The notes beneath the pieces are model-generated. The model was not told the DNA's origin and did not search any database. It saw only the letters and a list, made by a program, of their open reading frames with translations. Source: an uncultured delta proteobacterium (GTDB lineage Bacteria > Desulfobacterota > BSN033 > UBA1163). From it: a DNA stretch of 64,000 nucleotides. The position numbers and the translations under genes were made by a program. Numbering within the stretch: position 1 is the first letter of the stretch; each line of letters opens with the position of its first letter. Shown in pieces: positions 30,510 to 41,276 of this stretch. The stretch spans positions 448,001 to 512,000 of the forward strand of contig CAVPSJ010000017.1 in assembly GCA_963708295.1 (NCBI GenBank), in the 5' to 3' direction.

Positions 30510-32444
30510 ATGAATCTCTTGTCATCCCTTTTTTCTCCTGTCAAGATAAAATCGTTGGATCTGGCCAACCGGGCGGTCGTGCCTCCCATGGGGACCAACC
30601 TCGGGAATCCGGACGGCACGGTGAGCGAAGCTAATCTTGCTTATATAACACGCAGGGCGATGGGAGGGGCTGGCCTGATCATCACCGAAATCACATCCGT
30701 CCATCCCAGCGGTTCGGTGATGGCCAGTCAACTGGGAGTTTATGATGACCGGTTTATCCCTGGCCTGAAAAAGATGGTTGATGCGGTGCATGCTGCCGGT
30801 AGCAAGGTGGCCTTGCAGCTCCATCATGCGGGGCGGGAAAGTCTTTATCTTCTGCAGGAGAAAAAAGCCATCGCTCCTTCGGCGATCCGGTCTTTGGTTT
30901 TCGGCCTTACCCCGCGGGAGATCACCCGCGAGGAGATTCGTGAACTCATCGCCGCTTTTGGCGCTGCCTCGGCTCGGGCTCTGGAGGCGGGGTTTGACGC
31001 CGTGGAAGTGCATGGTGCCCATGGATACTTGTTAACCCAATTTCTATCGGCTCTTTCCAACAAACGTGACGATGAATACGGAGGCAGTCTCAACAACCGA
31101 AGTCGCTTCATGATTGAAGTATTGCAGGAGGTTCGCAGAAAGGTGGGTGAAAATTTCCCCATCTCCCTTCGTCTGTCTGTGGAAGAGTGCATTAAAGAGG
31201 GTTATACCTTCGAGGATATTCAGCCTATCCTTCCCCATCTGGTTGAAGCCGGAGCCGACATTCTACATGCTTCTCTTGGAACGCACGGAAGTCCGAGCGG
31301 CATTACCAGCGCCCCCTTTGAGTATCAACCCGGTTTCAATGTCTGGCGGGCCAAAAAGTTGAAAGAGGCAGTTGGCGTTCCGGTCATCGCCGTCGGGCGA
31401 TTCACAGACCCTTCACTGGCGAACGAAGTGATCGCCCGTGGGGACGCAGACCTGGTGGCTTTTGGCCGCCAGTATTTAGCTGATCCGGATTTTCTAATCA
31501 AAGCGCGGGAAGGCCGTCCTGAAGATATTCGCAAATGTATTGCCTGTAATCAGGGATGCATCGAGCGCTTGATGCTGGGGGAAGGAAAAATCCGTTGTGC
31601 CCTCAACCCCGAGACCGGGCAGGAAATCATTTACCCAAAGGGGCCAACCGGAGTCCGTCGTAATGTATGGGTTGTGGGGTCTGGCCCGGGGGGTCTGACC
31701 GCAGCGTATGAGGCCGCCCGTCTCGGCCATCAGGTGACCCTCTACGAAAAAGAGGAGGAAACGGGCGGACAGTTGCGCTTTGCTCGTGAGGCTCCCCATA
31801 AAGACCAGTATGGAATGTGGACCACCTGGCTTACCTCCCAGGCTAAAAAGATGGGCGTCATCGTGCGGACAGGGATTGAGATGACTGAACGTATGATTTC
31901 CGAAGGGAATCCAGAGGTGGTGATTTTGGCGACAGGAGGAGAACCGATCAAGCCTGACATTCACGGGATTGATCTTTCGCTTGTCTGTCATGCCTGGCAG
32001 GTTTTGGAGGGAGCGGTTCCGCCCGGGAGACATGCAGTCGTGATCGGTGGTGGGTTGATCGGCATGGAAACAGCGGATTATTTGTCTCAAAAAGGAACGC
32101 AGGTCACCCTGGTTGAAGTCCTTAAACGTTCGCCGGTTCCCAAAATCACCTCCCACGGCTATATGCTGCACACCCGGCTCAAAGAAGCCGGGTGCCGGCT
32201 CCTTTTCAACACAGTTGTAAAGGAAATCGAAGAATCTTCTGTAAGAGTTCTTATTGAGGGTACAGAAGAAAACCTCTCCCCGGTCGACCAGGTCATCATC
32301 GCCGTTGGACTTAAACCCCACGATAAACTCAAGGAGATCTTACAGGCCAAAAAGATTCGTCATTTTATCATCGGGGATGCCCTCCAGCCTCGCCGAATCA
32401 TCGAGGCCACAGAAGAAGGGGCTCGTGCCGCCTGGAATCTCTAA
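30510..32444 (+). CDS. NADH:flavin oxidoreductase, OYE family with [4Fe-4S] (FadH/BaiH-like enoyl/dienoyl-CoA reductase)
   Basis: HGAHGYL, RDDEYGG, CIACNQGC...C, GSGPGG and GGGLIG dinucleotide-binding folds. Confidence 0.9.
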   Translation: MNLLSSLFSPVKIKSLDLANRAVVPPMGTNLGNPDGTVSEANLAYITRRAMGGAGLIITEITSVHPSGSVMASQLGVYDDRFIPGLKKMVDAVHAAGSKVALQLHHAGRESLYLLQEKKAIAPSAIRSLVFGLTPREITREEIRELIAAFGAASARALEAGFDAVEVHGAHGYLLTQFLSALSNKRDDEYGGSLNNRSRFMIEVLQEVRRKVGENFPISLRLSVEECIKEGYTFEDIQPILPHLVEAGADILHASLGTHGSPSGITSAPFEYQPGFNVWRAKKLKEAVGVPVIAVGRFTDPSLANEVIARGDADLVAFGRQYLADPDFLIKAREGRPEDIRKCIACNQGCIERLMLGEGKIRCALNPETGQEIIYPKGPTGVRRNVWVVGSGPGGLTAAYEAARLGHQVTLYEKEEETGGQLRFAREAPHKDQYGMWTTWLTSQAKKMGVIVRTGIEMTERMISEGNPEVVILATGGEPIKPDIHGIDLSLVCHAWQVLEGAVPPGRHAVVIGGGLIGMETADYLSQKGTQVTLVEVLKRSPVPKITSHGYMLHTRLKEAGCRLLFNTVVKEIEESSVRVLIEGTEENLSPVDQVIIAVGLKPHDKLKEILQAKKIRHFIIGDALQPRRIIEATEEGARAAWNL

Positions 32445-32668
32445 AAATATAGGGAATCGACGACTCGCTTCCTCGCCCAGCTTAATCCCGACCGGGCCAA
32501 AAAATAATCTGATCCCCAAGCGCTACTTTTCAGCCAGGCACTCTTTCTTCCTTGCAGGATTTCATTCGTCATTTCATTCGTCGGGCCAGGATCTCTGCTT
32601 AGGAGAGTTGCCACGACAATGAATGGGAGTCTGACATAGAAAAAGGGACAGGTCGTAGCCGTCTCTTT

Positions 32669-34267
32669 TTAACGATTTTCTATTGCAAACGAGCAATCTC
32701 CCATGGCGAGGCTCTCTGCGTAAGTTTTCCGGGGGGCAGCTTGGGCGGTTGGAGCTTTCTTCATCACTTCTTCCCTAAGGATTTTCTTGAGGACCTTGCC
32801 CGTCTGGCTCTTGGGTAGCTCCTTCACGAGCCGGATTCTTCTTGGATACTTATAGGGTGCAACTCGTTCTTTGACGAACTGACGTAATTCTTCGGTTGTC
32901 GTTCGGGTCCCTTGGCGAAGCACAACCACTGCGGCAACTTCTTCTCCCAAATCGGGATGTGGAACACCCACCACTGCCGCTTCGACCACGTCGGGATGAG
33001 TGTAAAGGATTTCCTCAACCTCTCTGGGGTACACATTATACCCTCCCCGAATGATCACATCCTTCTTGCGATCCACAATGTAGATATATCCCTCCTCATC
33101 CATGCGGGCTAAGTCGCCCGTATGTAACCATCCTCCCCGGAGAGTTTCAGCAGTGGCTCCGGGTTGGTTAAAATATCCTTTCATGACACCAGGTCCACGG
33201 ATAATAAGCTCTCCCACTTCTCCGACTGGGACATCTTCATCCTGATCATTCACAATGCGTGCCTCAAACCCAGGGATGGGAAGGCCAATGGACCCAGGTC
33301 GGGTTTTGCGACCGAAAGGGTTTTCCACACACACAGGCGAGCACTCGGTAAGCCCGTATCCTTCGTAGATGGTGGTATGGAAACGGTCCTCGAATCGACG
33401 AAGCACTTCCACCGGAAGAGAGGCGCCCCCCGAGATACAGAACCGAAGCCCGGATCGCCTCGGCGGATGAAGATCGGCTAACTCCACCAGGCGGCTCAAA
33501 ATGGTGGGTACCGCGATCAAGATGGAGCTCTCCTCCTCTTCAATAGCAGGAAACAACTCCCCGGGATCGAAGTGGGACCACAGCCGGATGGTCAAACCTA
33601 GATAGATAGAAGAGTTGAATACACTCGTTTGCCCGAAGATGTGGAAAAGAGGTAGGACGCCGAAGACGACATCCTTTGGGTCGGTTGAACGCATATTCGC
33701 CACGGTCATGGCATTGTTTGCAAGATTGTAGTGAGTGAGCATGGCTCCTTTGGGATGGCCGGTGGTGCCGCTGGTGTAAACGATGGCCCAGAGGTCGTCA
33801 TCTCGAGTCTGAAAAGGAGGAAAATTCTTGTTCTCCGCGAAGAGTTCCTCCAGGGGAATGAATCCCTGGTTAGGCGATACGCCTTGGGCGATTCGCAGAT
33901 CCATCTTGGGTAGGTGCGCCATGACTTGGCGAGGGTGTTCCAAGTAGTCTTTGTGGCCGATGAAGGCCCGTGCGCCGGAGTCTTTGAAAATGTGCTCGAG
34001 CTCGCCCACTCTATAAAGGAAGTTCACCGGGAGGACCACAGCCCCAACTTTTGCCAATGCGTAGTAAACGATGACCCAGTCTATAGAGTTGGGCATCATC
34101 AACACACAAATATCTCGGGGGTGGAGTCCAGCACGAACGAGTCCGTAGGACAAACGATCCACCTCCCTGTTTAATTCTTCATAGGTGATTGTTCGTTCAA
34201 GGAAACGAACGGCGGGATGCTTAGGCCTACGCGCAGTGCTCTCAATGAGGAGGCTGGAAATGTTCAC
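32669..34267 (-). CDS. long-chain acyl-CoA ligase (AMP-binding)
   Basis: YTSGTTGHPKG, YGLTE, TGD, PKSQTGK. Confidence 0.92.
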   Translation of the reverse strand: MNISSLLIESTARRPKHPAVRFLERTITYEELNREVDRLSYGLVRAGLHPRDICVLMMPNSIDWVIVYYALAKVGAVVLPVNFLYRVGELEHIFKDSGARAFIGHKDYLEHPRQVMAHLPKMDLRIAQGVSPNQGFIPLEELFAENKNFPPFQTRDDDLWAIVYTSGTTGHPKGAMLTHYNLANNAMTVANMRSTDPKDVVFGVLPLFHIFGQTSVFNSSIYLGLTIRLWSHFDPGELFPAIEEEESSILIAVPTILSRLVELADLHPPRRSGLRFCISGGASLPVEVLRRFEDRFHTTIYEGYGLTECSPVCVENPFGRKTRPGSIGLPIPGFEARIVNDQDEDVPVGEVGELIIRGPGVMKGYFNQPGATAETLRGGWLHTGDLARMDEEGYIYIVDRKKDVIIRGGYNVYPREVEEILYTHPDVVEAAVVGVPHPDLGEEVAAVVVLRQGTRTTTEELRQFVKERVAPYKYPRRIRLVKELPKSQTGKVLKKILREEVMKKAPTAQAAPRKTYAESLAMGDCSFAIENR

Positions 34268-34277
34268 GATCTTACCT

Positions 34278-34466
34278 TAGGTTGCCGAAAAATGGCCATT
34301 TGCTGCGTTTCACTCATCCTTCGTCGTTGCGGCGTACAGCCAAGTACGCCTCACTCCTCAAGATTTCGTGGGCCTTGCATCTGCCTGCCTGCGCGCAGCC
34401 GCTTCGGCGAAGGCAGGGCCCTTTTTGAGCAACCTGGGGAAAACGACTTTTTCAGCAGCCTGTTAG
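34278..34466. mobile_element. MITE-like element family A, copy 2 (34-bp CCTG...CAGG insert at 34384-34417)
   Basis: Colinear with 10194-10350; right end TTTTTCAGCAGCCTGTTAG is the near-perfect inverse of the copy-1 left end. Confidence 0.82.
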
Positions 34467-34509
34467 TGTTTCAAACCTCGCGTTGAAGTGCCAAAAATTG
34501 AGGCCTTTC

Positions 34510-35346
34510 TCACTCAACCCTGGCATAGGCGTGGCTGAGGACGATTCCACGGTCAGTGCGGGATTGGATCAGGTAACGGCCCTCTTGGCTTCTCCATCCC
34601 TCTGTCACGAGGGAGTCGCCGGGATAGACCACTCCGGACAATCGGGTTTTGAACTCCTTAAAGCGTCTCACATCTCCGTCACAGGTCTTGTATAAGATCG
34701 CTCTCACGGCGTGCCCATAAGTACAAAGGCCGTGGAGGATGGGACGGGGAAAACCACCCCTCTTGGCAAAATCAGGGTCGATGTGAAGCGGGTTGAAGTC
34801 ACCGTTGAGGCGATAGAGGGCTGCTTGGTTTTCGGGGATAAGATACGAGACTGTGAAATCCGGCCGGGTCCCTTTGGGAGGCTCAAGTATTTCTGCTTTC
34901 GGCCCGGGGTCGCCACCAAACCCTCCTTCGCCCACATAGAAAATGGTGCTGTCGGTTTCGGCCAGAGGATGACCTCCCTCTGTCATCACCTTCTTCCGCC
35001 AGACGATGAGCGCCCCTTTGACCTTGTCATAGATATTGGCAATCTGTCCTTCGACAAAGGTCTTCCCTTCGGGTGGAATCGGGCGATAGAGCTTGATGGC
35101 CTGTTCCCCGTGAATGAACCTGGATAGGTCCACCTTCAAATCTTTAAAGAGGTCAATCAGTAAATCCATGCCCATCACGACGCTAAAGCTGGGAAATACC
35201 CTTAGTCCGCCCTTGAAGTTCTCGTAGACAAATGGGAGTTCCTCTTCCTGCGCGCCGATACTCAAGGCATACAGGACCACATCCTTCCATGTGTACTCAA
35301 AAGAGATCGGACCGTACTTTTTACCCACCAGGCGCAAATCAATCAT
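34510..35346 (-). CDS. MaoC-family (hydratase-2, double hot-dog) (R)-specific enoyl-CoA hydratase
   Basis: YALSIG, IHGEQ, YRLNGDFNPLHID, ILHGLCTYG. Confidence 0.9.
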   Translation of the reverse strand: MIDLRLVGKKYGPISFEYTWKDVVLYALSIGAQEEELPFVYENFKGGLRVFPSFSVVMGMDLLIDLFKDLKVDLSRFIHGEQAIKLYRPIPPEGKTFVEGQIANIYDKVKGALIVWRKKVMTEGGHPLAETDSTIFYVGEGGFGGDPGPKAEILEPPKGTRPDFTVSYLIPENQAALYRLNGDFNPLHIDPDFAKRGGFPRPILHGLCTYGHAVRAILYKTCDGDVRRFKEFKTRLSGVVYPGDSLVTEGWRSQEGRYLIQSRTDRGIVLSHAYARVE

Positions 35347-35413
35347 GTATGCTTTCTTTCTTTTACTAATGAGGCCATAATTGAGAAGACATGACTATAC
35401 TGCTTCCGCAAAT

Positions 35414-35553
35414 CCCATCCCCTTCCTGACCTCCCCCTTGAAGGGGGAGGAATACAAGGATTTCCCTCCCTTTCAGGGGGAGGGGAAGCCCTGCACCACG
35501 TAGGGTGCAGGACAATGCCCTGAACCTCACATGGTTCAGGGGGTGGGGGCGGG
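35414..35553. repeat. pyrimidine/purine hairpin element with two nested ACC...GGT mini-hairpins
   Basis: CCTCCCCCTTGAAGGGGGAGG arms; nested CCTGCACC..GGTGCAGG (35490-35511) and CCCTGAACC..GGTTCAGGG (35518-35541). Confidence 0.7.
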
Positions 35554-35725
35554 TCAATCAGATGTCTATTCAATGATGGGCCGATTAATAATTCGTTTTG
35601 CTCCTTCCAAATCTTCGTCTAAAGGAATAAGCGATCTCATCTCTCAAGGATTATACCGAGGATGTGCAAATGGCAGGAGTCATGTCAAAGGCTTTGCAAA
35701 GCCATGACGCTCCGGAGGCTAGCCA

Positions 35726-36475
35726 CTAAAGTCCCAGATATGTCTTACGTAGAACCTCGTCTTGAAGCAGTTGCTCGCCGGTTCCTTCGGCGATAATTTT
35801 TCCAGAGGAGAGGACATAGTTCCGGGAGGTCATCTTAAAGACCGTGCTCACCTCCTGCTCAACGAGCAAGACGGTGATCCCTAACTTGTTAATCGCTCCG
35901 ATCTTCTGAAATACCTCTGCTCGTAAAAGGGGGGCAAGGCCGGTCGAGGGCTCATCAATGCACAACAGTTTGGGCTTAGACATCAATGCCCTGCCAATGG
36001 CGAGCATCTGTTGCTCTCCACCGGAGAGCGTCCCGGAGATCTGGTTTGATCGATCCTTGAGCACGGGAAACAGTTGATATGCCGTACTCAAATGATCCCG
36101 AATTTCGTCCTTGTCCTTTAGCAGGTAAGACCCGGCCATGAGATTATCGAAGACCGTCATCTCCCGGAATGGCCTTCGCCGCTCCGGACAAAGAATCAGA
36201 CCTCGCTTAACGATTTCATGGGCAGGTATCTGATCGATTCGCTCTCCATCAAAGGTGACCACGCCCTCAAGGATGATATCACCATGGGTTGACCTCCGCG
36301 TAATCTCCCTCTCCCAGGCGACCAATCCGGTGATGGCTCTGAGCAGGGTGGATTTGCCAGCGCCATTGGGGCCCACGAGGCTGACCAGCTCTCCTGCCTC
36401 GATGCCCATGCTCAAATTGTTAATGAGCATGGCCTTGTCATACCATACCGATAAATTGGCAACTTCAAGCAGCAC
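35726..36475 (-). CDS. livF: LIV-type ABC ATP-binding protein (insertion after Walker A)
   Basis: GPNGAGKST, LSGGEQQM, DEPS. Confidence 0.9.
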   Translation of the reverse strand: MLLEVANLSVWYDKAMLINNLSMGIEAGELVSLVGPNGAGKSTLLRAITGLVAWEREITRRSTHGDIILEGVVTFDGERIDQIPAHEIVKRGLILCPERRRPFREMTVFDNLMAGSYLLKDKDEIRDHLSTAYQLFPVLKDRSNQISGTLSGGEQQMLAIGRALMSKPKLLCIDEPSTGLAPLLRAEVFQKIGAINKLGITVLLVEQEVSTVFKMTSRNYVLSSGKIIAEGTGEQLLQDEVLRKTYLGL

Positions 36476-36478
36476 GCG

Positions 36479-37246
36479 CTAGATCCCTCCTTGGCCGAGG
36501 TAGGCCTCGATGACGTGAGGGTTTTTGACGATTTCGTCGGGCGTTCCATCGGCAATGATGGTCCCGAAATTCAGGGCGATAATACGATCCACGATCTTCA
36601 TCAACCATTGAAGCTTATGCTCGACGATGATCATCGCCGGTCCTTCGCTATGCAATCGACCGAAACGGCCACCCTTGTGCAGGCGCTTGATCGACTTGGC
36701 CATGAGATCCGTTTCAGCAGGACTCAACCCTCCGAAAGGCTCATCCAGGAGGAGCAATTCCGGCTCCGTGGCCACGGCCCGAGCCACTTCGAGCCTCTTA
36801 AGGTCACCCTGTGAAAGCGTGGAAGCTTTCTCCAAGGCCATGTCTGAAATGCCTGCAAACTCCAGGGCGTCCATGGCTTTTGCCTCTAACCGCTTGACCC
36901 ATTCCCCTCTCTTCATGGCACGCGGGGAAAGGCAGGAAACCATGACATTGGCAATAATCGGGAGGCGCCGGAACGGTCTCATGTTCTGAAAAGTGCAGGC
37001 GATGCCCATATTGACGATATCCCAGGTCTTGCGGCCAACGATTTCTTTTCCCATGAAACGGACGTTTCCCGCATCCGGCTTCAGAATGCCGGTGATCAGC
37101 CGCAGCAGAGTGGTCTTGCCAGCACCGTTCGGGCCGATCAGGCCCAGGATCTGGTCCCTTTCCATGGAAAAACCGACGTCGTTGACGGCCCGAAGACCGC
37201 CGAAGTTCTTGGTGAGTCCTTTGATTTCGAGGAAGGATTGGGTCAT
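36479..37246 (-). CDS. livG: LIV-type ABC ATP-binding protein
   Basis: GPNGAGKTT, LLLDEP, EH, AYLG. Confidence 0.9.
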   Translation of the reverse strand: MTQSFLEIKGLTKNFGGLRAVNDVGFSMERDQILGLIGPNGAGKTTLLRLITGILKPDAGNVRFMGKEIVGRKTWDIVNMGIACTFQNMRPFRRLPIIANVMVSCLSPRAMKRGEWVKRLEAKAMDALEFAGISDMALEKASTLSQGDLKRLEVARAVATEPELLLLDEPFGGLSPAETDLMAKSIKRLHKGGRFGRLHSEGPAMIIVEHKLQWLMKIVDRIIALNFGTIIADGTPDEIVKNPHVIEAYLGQGGI

Positions 37247-37247
37247 A

Positions 37248-38958
37248 TCACCTCTCTTCGCTCTCCTCTCTCAGCTCCCGGCGGGAAACCTTTCCCACGT
37301 CCGTCTTCGGGAGCTCGCCCCTGAATTCGATAATCTTCGGAACTTTGTAGTAGGCCAGATTCTCTTTACAGAAGTTAATAATCTCCTCTTCGGAAATTTT
37401 ACCCCTGGCTTCGCTTTCCAGGACCACATAGGCCTTGATGAGATTACCCGCTTTCGGGTCGGGCACTCCCACGACGCCGGCCGCTTTGATTTTGGGATGC
37501 TTGAAAAGGACCTCTTCGACATGTCTGGCGAAGACCGAATATCCCTTGACTTTAATGAGATCCCGTTTGCGGTCAAAGAAGTGGAAATAACCTTCCTCAT
37601 CCATGCTGACCAGGTCTCCGGTTCTAAGCCACTTCTCTCCGTCGATGTCGATCAAGGTCTCCCGGGTTCCGTCCTCTCTTTTCCAATATCCTTGCATGAT
37701 GTTCGGTCCGTTCAGAATCAATTCCCCGACCTCACCGGGCGGCAAGAAATGCGTGCCTTCGTGTTCGATAATGGCGGCCTTCATGCCGGGGAGGGGAACT
37801 CCGAAAGAACCCTTTTTGGGCCGATGCGTAGGGCTGGCGTGGCTCACGGCAGTGGTCTCGGTCATCCCATACCCCTCGAAGATCTTTGCTCCGGTTCTTC
37901 TCTCCCATGCTTCAATGGTCGATTCATGAAGGGTATCCGCGCCACAGGCGATCAGTTTGAGCCGCTTCCAATTGACCCTGTCTGTTTTTTCATATTCCTT
38001 GAGGTATTCGAACATGGTGGGCACGCCATAGAATGCGGATGCCTGGTATCTTTCCATGGCGGAGAGGATGTCGTCTATATCCGGCGTGGTGAATAGAACC
38101 ATGGTGAACCCCTGGGCAAGACTTGCAAGCATGACGACGACCTGACCATAGATATGGAAAAAGGGCAAGAAGGCCATGACCAATTCGTTGCCTTCTTCGA
38201 AGAAAGGCCAGAACGTTCTTACTTGCGCCTGTAGGGCCGCAATATTGCCGTGTGTGAGGATGGCTGCCTTGGGAAGCCCTGTGGTGCCCCCCGTGTAAGG
38301 AAGGACTGCGATATCCGTCGCCGGGTTGATCGTTACTTTGGGAGGCTGAGGCGGGTACTTCTTGATGAGGTCCTGAAATTGAAGGAGGCCAGCTTCCTTC
38401 ATAAACTTAGGCGTTGGCACGTGCATTTCACTGTAGACTTTTCCCAGGGCTCCCTTTCCCAAAAGCTTTTTAAGCGTGGGCAAGTAATCAGCAATACTGG
38501 TGAGAATCACATTCTTCATGGACGATGCCGGTCTTCTCCACATTATCATAAAGGATATCCTGACAGACCACGGTCGCCGCATCGCTGTCTTGAATCTGAT
38601 GCTTTATTTCGTGGCTGGTGTAAACGGGGCTGACAGGGGTGACTTTCGCGCCGATTTTCAAAGCCGCAAAATAGGCGATCACGTACTGCGGGCAATTCAG
38701 GAGATAGAGCGCGACGGTATCACCTTTCTTTACCCCTAAATCGGCCAGAGCTGCGGCGAAACGGTCAATCAGCTCTTTCAGCTTTGCATAGCTGATCTTA
38801 TTCCCGTAAAAGATCAGAGCAGTCTTATTGCCGTATTTCTTCACAACCTGGTCAAAAAGATCGGGGACGGATACGGAGGGTATGTCCACGGTGTCCGTGA
38901 TCCCCTCGGGATAGTGCTTCAACCAGGGTTTCGAAGCGTAGGCTTCCTTTGCGTTCAT
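37248..38958 (-). CDS. long-chain acyl-CoA ligase embedded in the ABC operon (frameshift near 38515)
   Basis: KPWLKHYP N-terminus in one frame; YTGGTTGLPK, YGMTE, TGD, PKTDVGK in the next. Confidence 0.88.
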
Positions 38959-38997
38959 TTTTTCTCCTCACATGAGATGCTCGTTATCGGTAACCGT

Positions 38998-39086
38998 GTC
39001 ATTGCGAGCGATCCCGCCTCGGCGGGAGAGCGCGGCAATCTCATTCAGGAAATACCGGATGGCTTCGTTGCGCACCTCGCAATGAC
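38998..39086. repeat. GTCATTGCGAG...CTCGCAATGAC palindromic element with nested CCCGCC-TC-GGCGGG hairpin
   Basis: 11-bp perfect terminal inverted repeat; internal GCAATC..GATGGC. Confidence 0.8.
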
Positions 39087-39107
39087 GAGTTACTCAATGC
39101 GTTTGTA

Positions 39108-40148
39108 TTAGTCCAGCGGTGCCGTGCACACGCGGCACGTATGGCGCGTGGCGATATTTCTGATTTTGCACCGCGGACACTCCTTTTCTATCTTGTCCCG
39201 CAGCCAGGGAAAGAGGCCATCGGGCATATACAAAAGAATCAACAATACCACACACGCGAACATTAGCGTTCGATACTCTTGCCAGAAGCGAAGAAGCTCC
39301 AACAAGGGGAAGAGGATGAATACCGCCCCAACCGGGCCATAGATGGTCACGATTCCGCCGAAGATAGCCCAGATGACCACCTGGAAGGACATGGAGACTT
39401 CGAGCGTTGAAGGGCCTGCGATCCTCATGAAGTGCGCATAAAGCCCTCCGGATACGCCAGCAAAGAAGCCACTGAGACAAAAAGCAAGAAGTTTGTAACG
39501 CGTCGTGTTGATGCCTGCGGCCCGAACGGCCAGTTCATCCTCCCGGATGGCATGGAAAATAATGCCGGTATTGGAGTCGGTGACCTTCCACATGATAGTG
39601 CACAGGCCGAGCATCGTCACGACGGCGATATAGTAGTTGGCGACGCGGGATCCAGCCAGCCGAGCGATCCCTGAAATCCCCAGCTCTCCACCCGTAAGGT
39701 TAGGAAGAGCGAAAACGATGCCCATCAGGATGATGGGGAAGGCAAGGGTGGTCAGGGCCAGATACGTCCCTCTGAGCCTGAGGCAGGGTATCCCTATGAT
39801 CAATCCTGCCAGAACTGCACCTAGGGCACCTAGGGGGATGGTGCCCCATGGAGGAATATGCGCGTGCTGATTGAGCAAAGCTGCACCGTAGGCGCCCACT
39901 CCAAAGAAGAGGGCATGTCCGAAATTCAGCTGGCCAGTAAAGCCGGAAAGCAAATCCCAGCTCGCGGCCAATATGGCAAAGATGCTGGTCAGAGTGAAAA
40001 TGCGCAGAAGGTAGGGATCTTCGGTAAATATGGGGAAGAGAAGCAGAAAGAGAAAAAAAAGCACGACAGCGATACGGGACGGGAGAACAAGCACTTCCTT
40101 CTTAAGTACGGTGAAGAGTTTTCTCAGGTAAAAGAAAATGAGGTTCAT
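39108..40148 (-). CDS. livM: LIV-type ABC permease with C-terminal zinc-ribbon-like CxxC-x10-CxxC
   Basis: WDLLSGFTGQ, TGGELGI, AIREDE; tail CPRCKIRNIATRHTCRVC. Confidence 0.9.
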   Translation of the reverse strand: MNLIFFYLRKLFTVLKKEVLVLPSRIAVVLFFLFLLLFPIFTEDPYLLRIFTLTSIFAILAASWDLLSGFTGQLNFGHALFFGVGAYGAALLNQHAHIPPWGTIPLGALGAVLAGLIIGIPCLRLRGTYLALTTLAFPIILMGIVFALPNLTGGELGISGIARLAGSRVANYYIAVVTMLGLCTIMWKVTDSNTGIIFHAIREDELAVRAAGINTTRYKLLAFCLSGFFAGVSGGLYAHFMRIAGPSTLEVSMSFQVVIWAIFGGIVTIYGPVGAVFILFPLLELLRFWQEYRTLMFACVVLLILLYMPDGLFPWLRDKIEKECPRCKIRNIATRHTCRVCTAPLD

Positions 40149-40152
40149 GTTT

Positions 40153-40213
40153 ACCCCGTTAGAAACCCCGCGCGAACTCTCCCGTTAAAAGACCGAAAGC
40201 CTTCTAACGGGGT
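40153..40213. mobile_element. 61-bp mini-element with 12-bp terminal inverted repeats
   Basis: ACCCCGTTAGAA...TTCTAACGGGGT, filling the livH-livM gap. Confidence 0.72.
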
Positions 40214-41089
40214 CTATCTTTCTTCTTCGAAGGAAACGCCAAAGAGGCCCTCCGGCCTGATGAGCAACACGAGGATCATGATGGAGAGCGCCACGGAACC
40301 CTTCAGAAAGGCGCCCATGGGAGCAAGAAAGACCACGAGTGCCTCGGCAAAGCCCAGGATGTACGCCCCCATGAAGCTGCCCTTTAGGCTGCCGAGTCCG
40401 CCGAGTACGACGACTGCCATCATCATGATCAGAGGGTGCAGCCACATATGCGGTTCGAGTATGGTAAGAGGTACGACGACGGCGCCTGCTAAAGCGGCTA
40501 ACCCAACGGAGATGCCCATGGTGATCATCGCGATTCGAGCCTCGTTGATCCCCATGAGATTGGCCACTTCCTTGTCTTGAGCAGTGGATCGGATGGCCAA
40601 GCCCAATTTGGTCCTCATCAGCAGGATCCAAAGCCCCCCCATGATCAACAAGGCCACACAAAAGGTCAGGAGCTGTTGATAAAAGACCTTTACACCCAAG
40701 ATCAAAAGATACCCCTTGATGAGTGAAGGCACACTCAAATAGGTGCCCGTAAATTTAAGAAGCATCATCTCTTGGAGGGCCATCGCCAGGGCGATGGTTG
40801 CGATCAACACGGCCCCTTCATGCTCCCGAATAGGGTTGATGAAGATCTTGTAGGAGATCATGCCCAGCAAGGTGACCAGAACGATGGCCGCAACCACGCC
40901 CCACATGGGATCGAACCCCATCTTTTGGCTGACGAAATAGATGCAGTAGGCAGCCACCATATAGAAGGCAGTGTGGGCAATGTTTACGATGCGGGCTACG
41001 CCAAAGACCAGGGAAAACCCAATCGCAAGAAGGGCGTATACACTCCCACTGATGAGACCACTGATGATGATGTTCAGAACAAGACCCAT
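40214..41089 (-). CDS. livH: LIV-type ABC permease
   Basis: GFSLVFGVARIVNIAH, LGGLGS, RPEGLFG. Confidence 0.92.
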   Translation of the reverse strand: MGLVLNIIISGLISGSVYALLAIGFSLVFGVARIVNIAHTAFYMVAAYCIYFVSQKMGFDPMWGVVAAIVLVTLLGMISYKIFINPIREHEGAVLIATIALAMALQEMMLLKFTGTYLSVPSLIKGYLLILGVKVFYQQLLTFCVALLIMGGLWILLMRTKLGLAIRSTAQDKEVANLMGINEARIAMITMGISVGLAALAGAVVVPLTILEPHMWLHPLIMMMAVVVLGGLGSLKGSFMGAYILGFAEALVVFLAPMGAFLKGSVALSIMILVLLIRPEGLFGVSFEEER

Positions 41090-41276
41090 ATGACCTCAAA
41101 TTCCAATCACGAAAATTCCAAGTTCAAAACAGTATCCCTCGCCTCCCGCCCTCGGTATGGACCGGGGCAGGCAGGATTACCCGTTTCGTCATCCGGTGTT
41201 GTGCGTCTCAACCACTTCACTTAACCGTCTTAAGATGCGCCCTGTCTGACGATGGCCGTAATCTTTTCTGCGGCCA

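Noticed and set aside
32559-32582. 12-bp tandem duplication ATTTCATTCGTC x2
   Set aside because: Isolated slippage in an intergenic region; no further structure.
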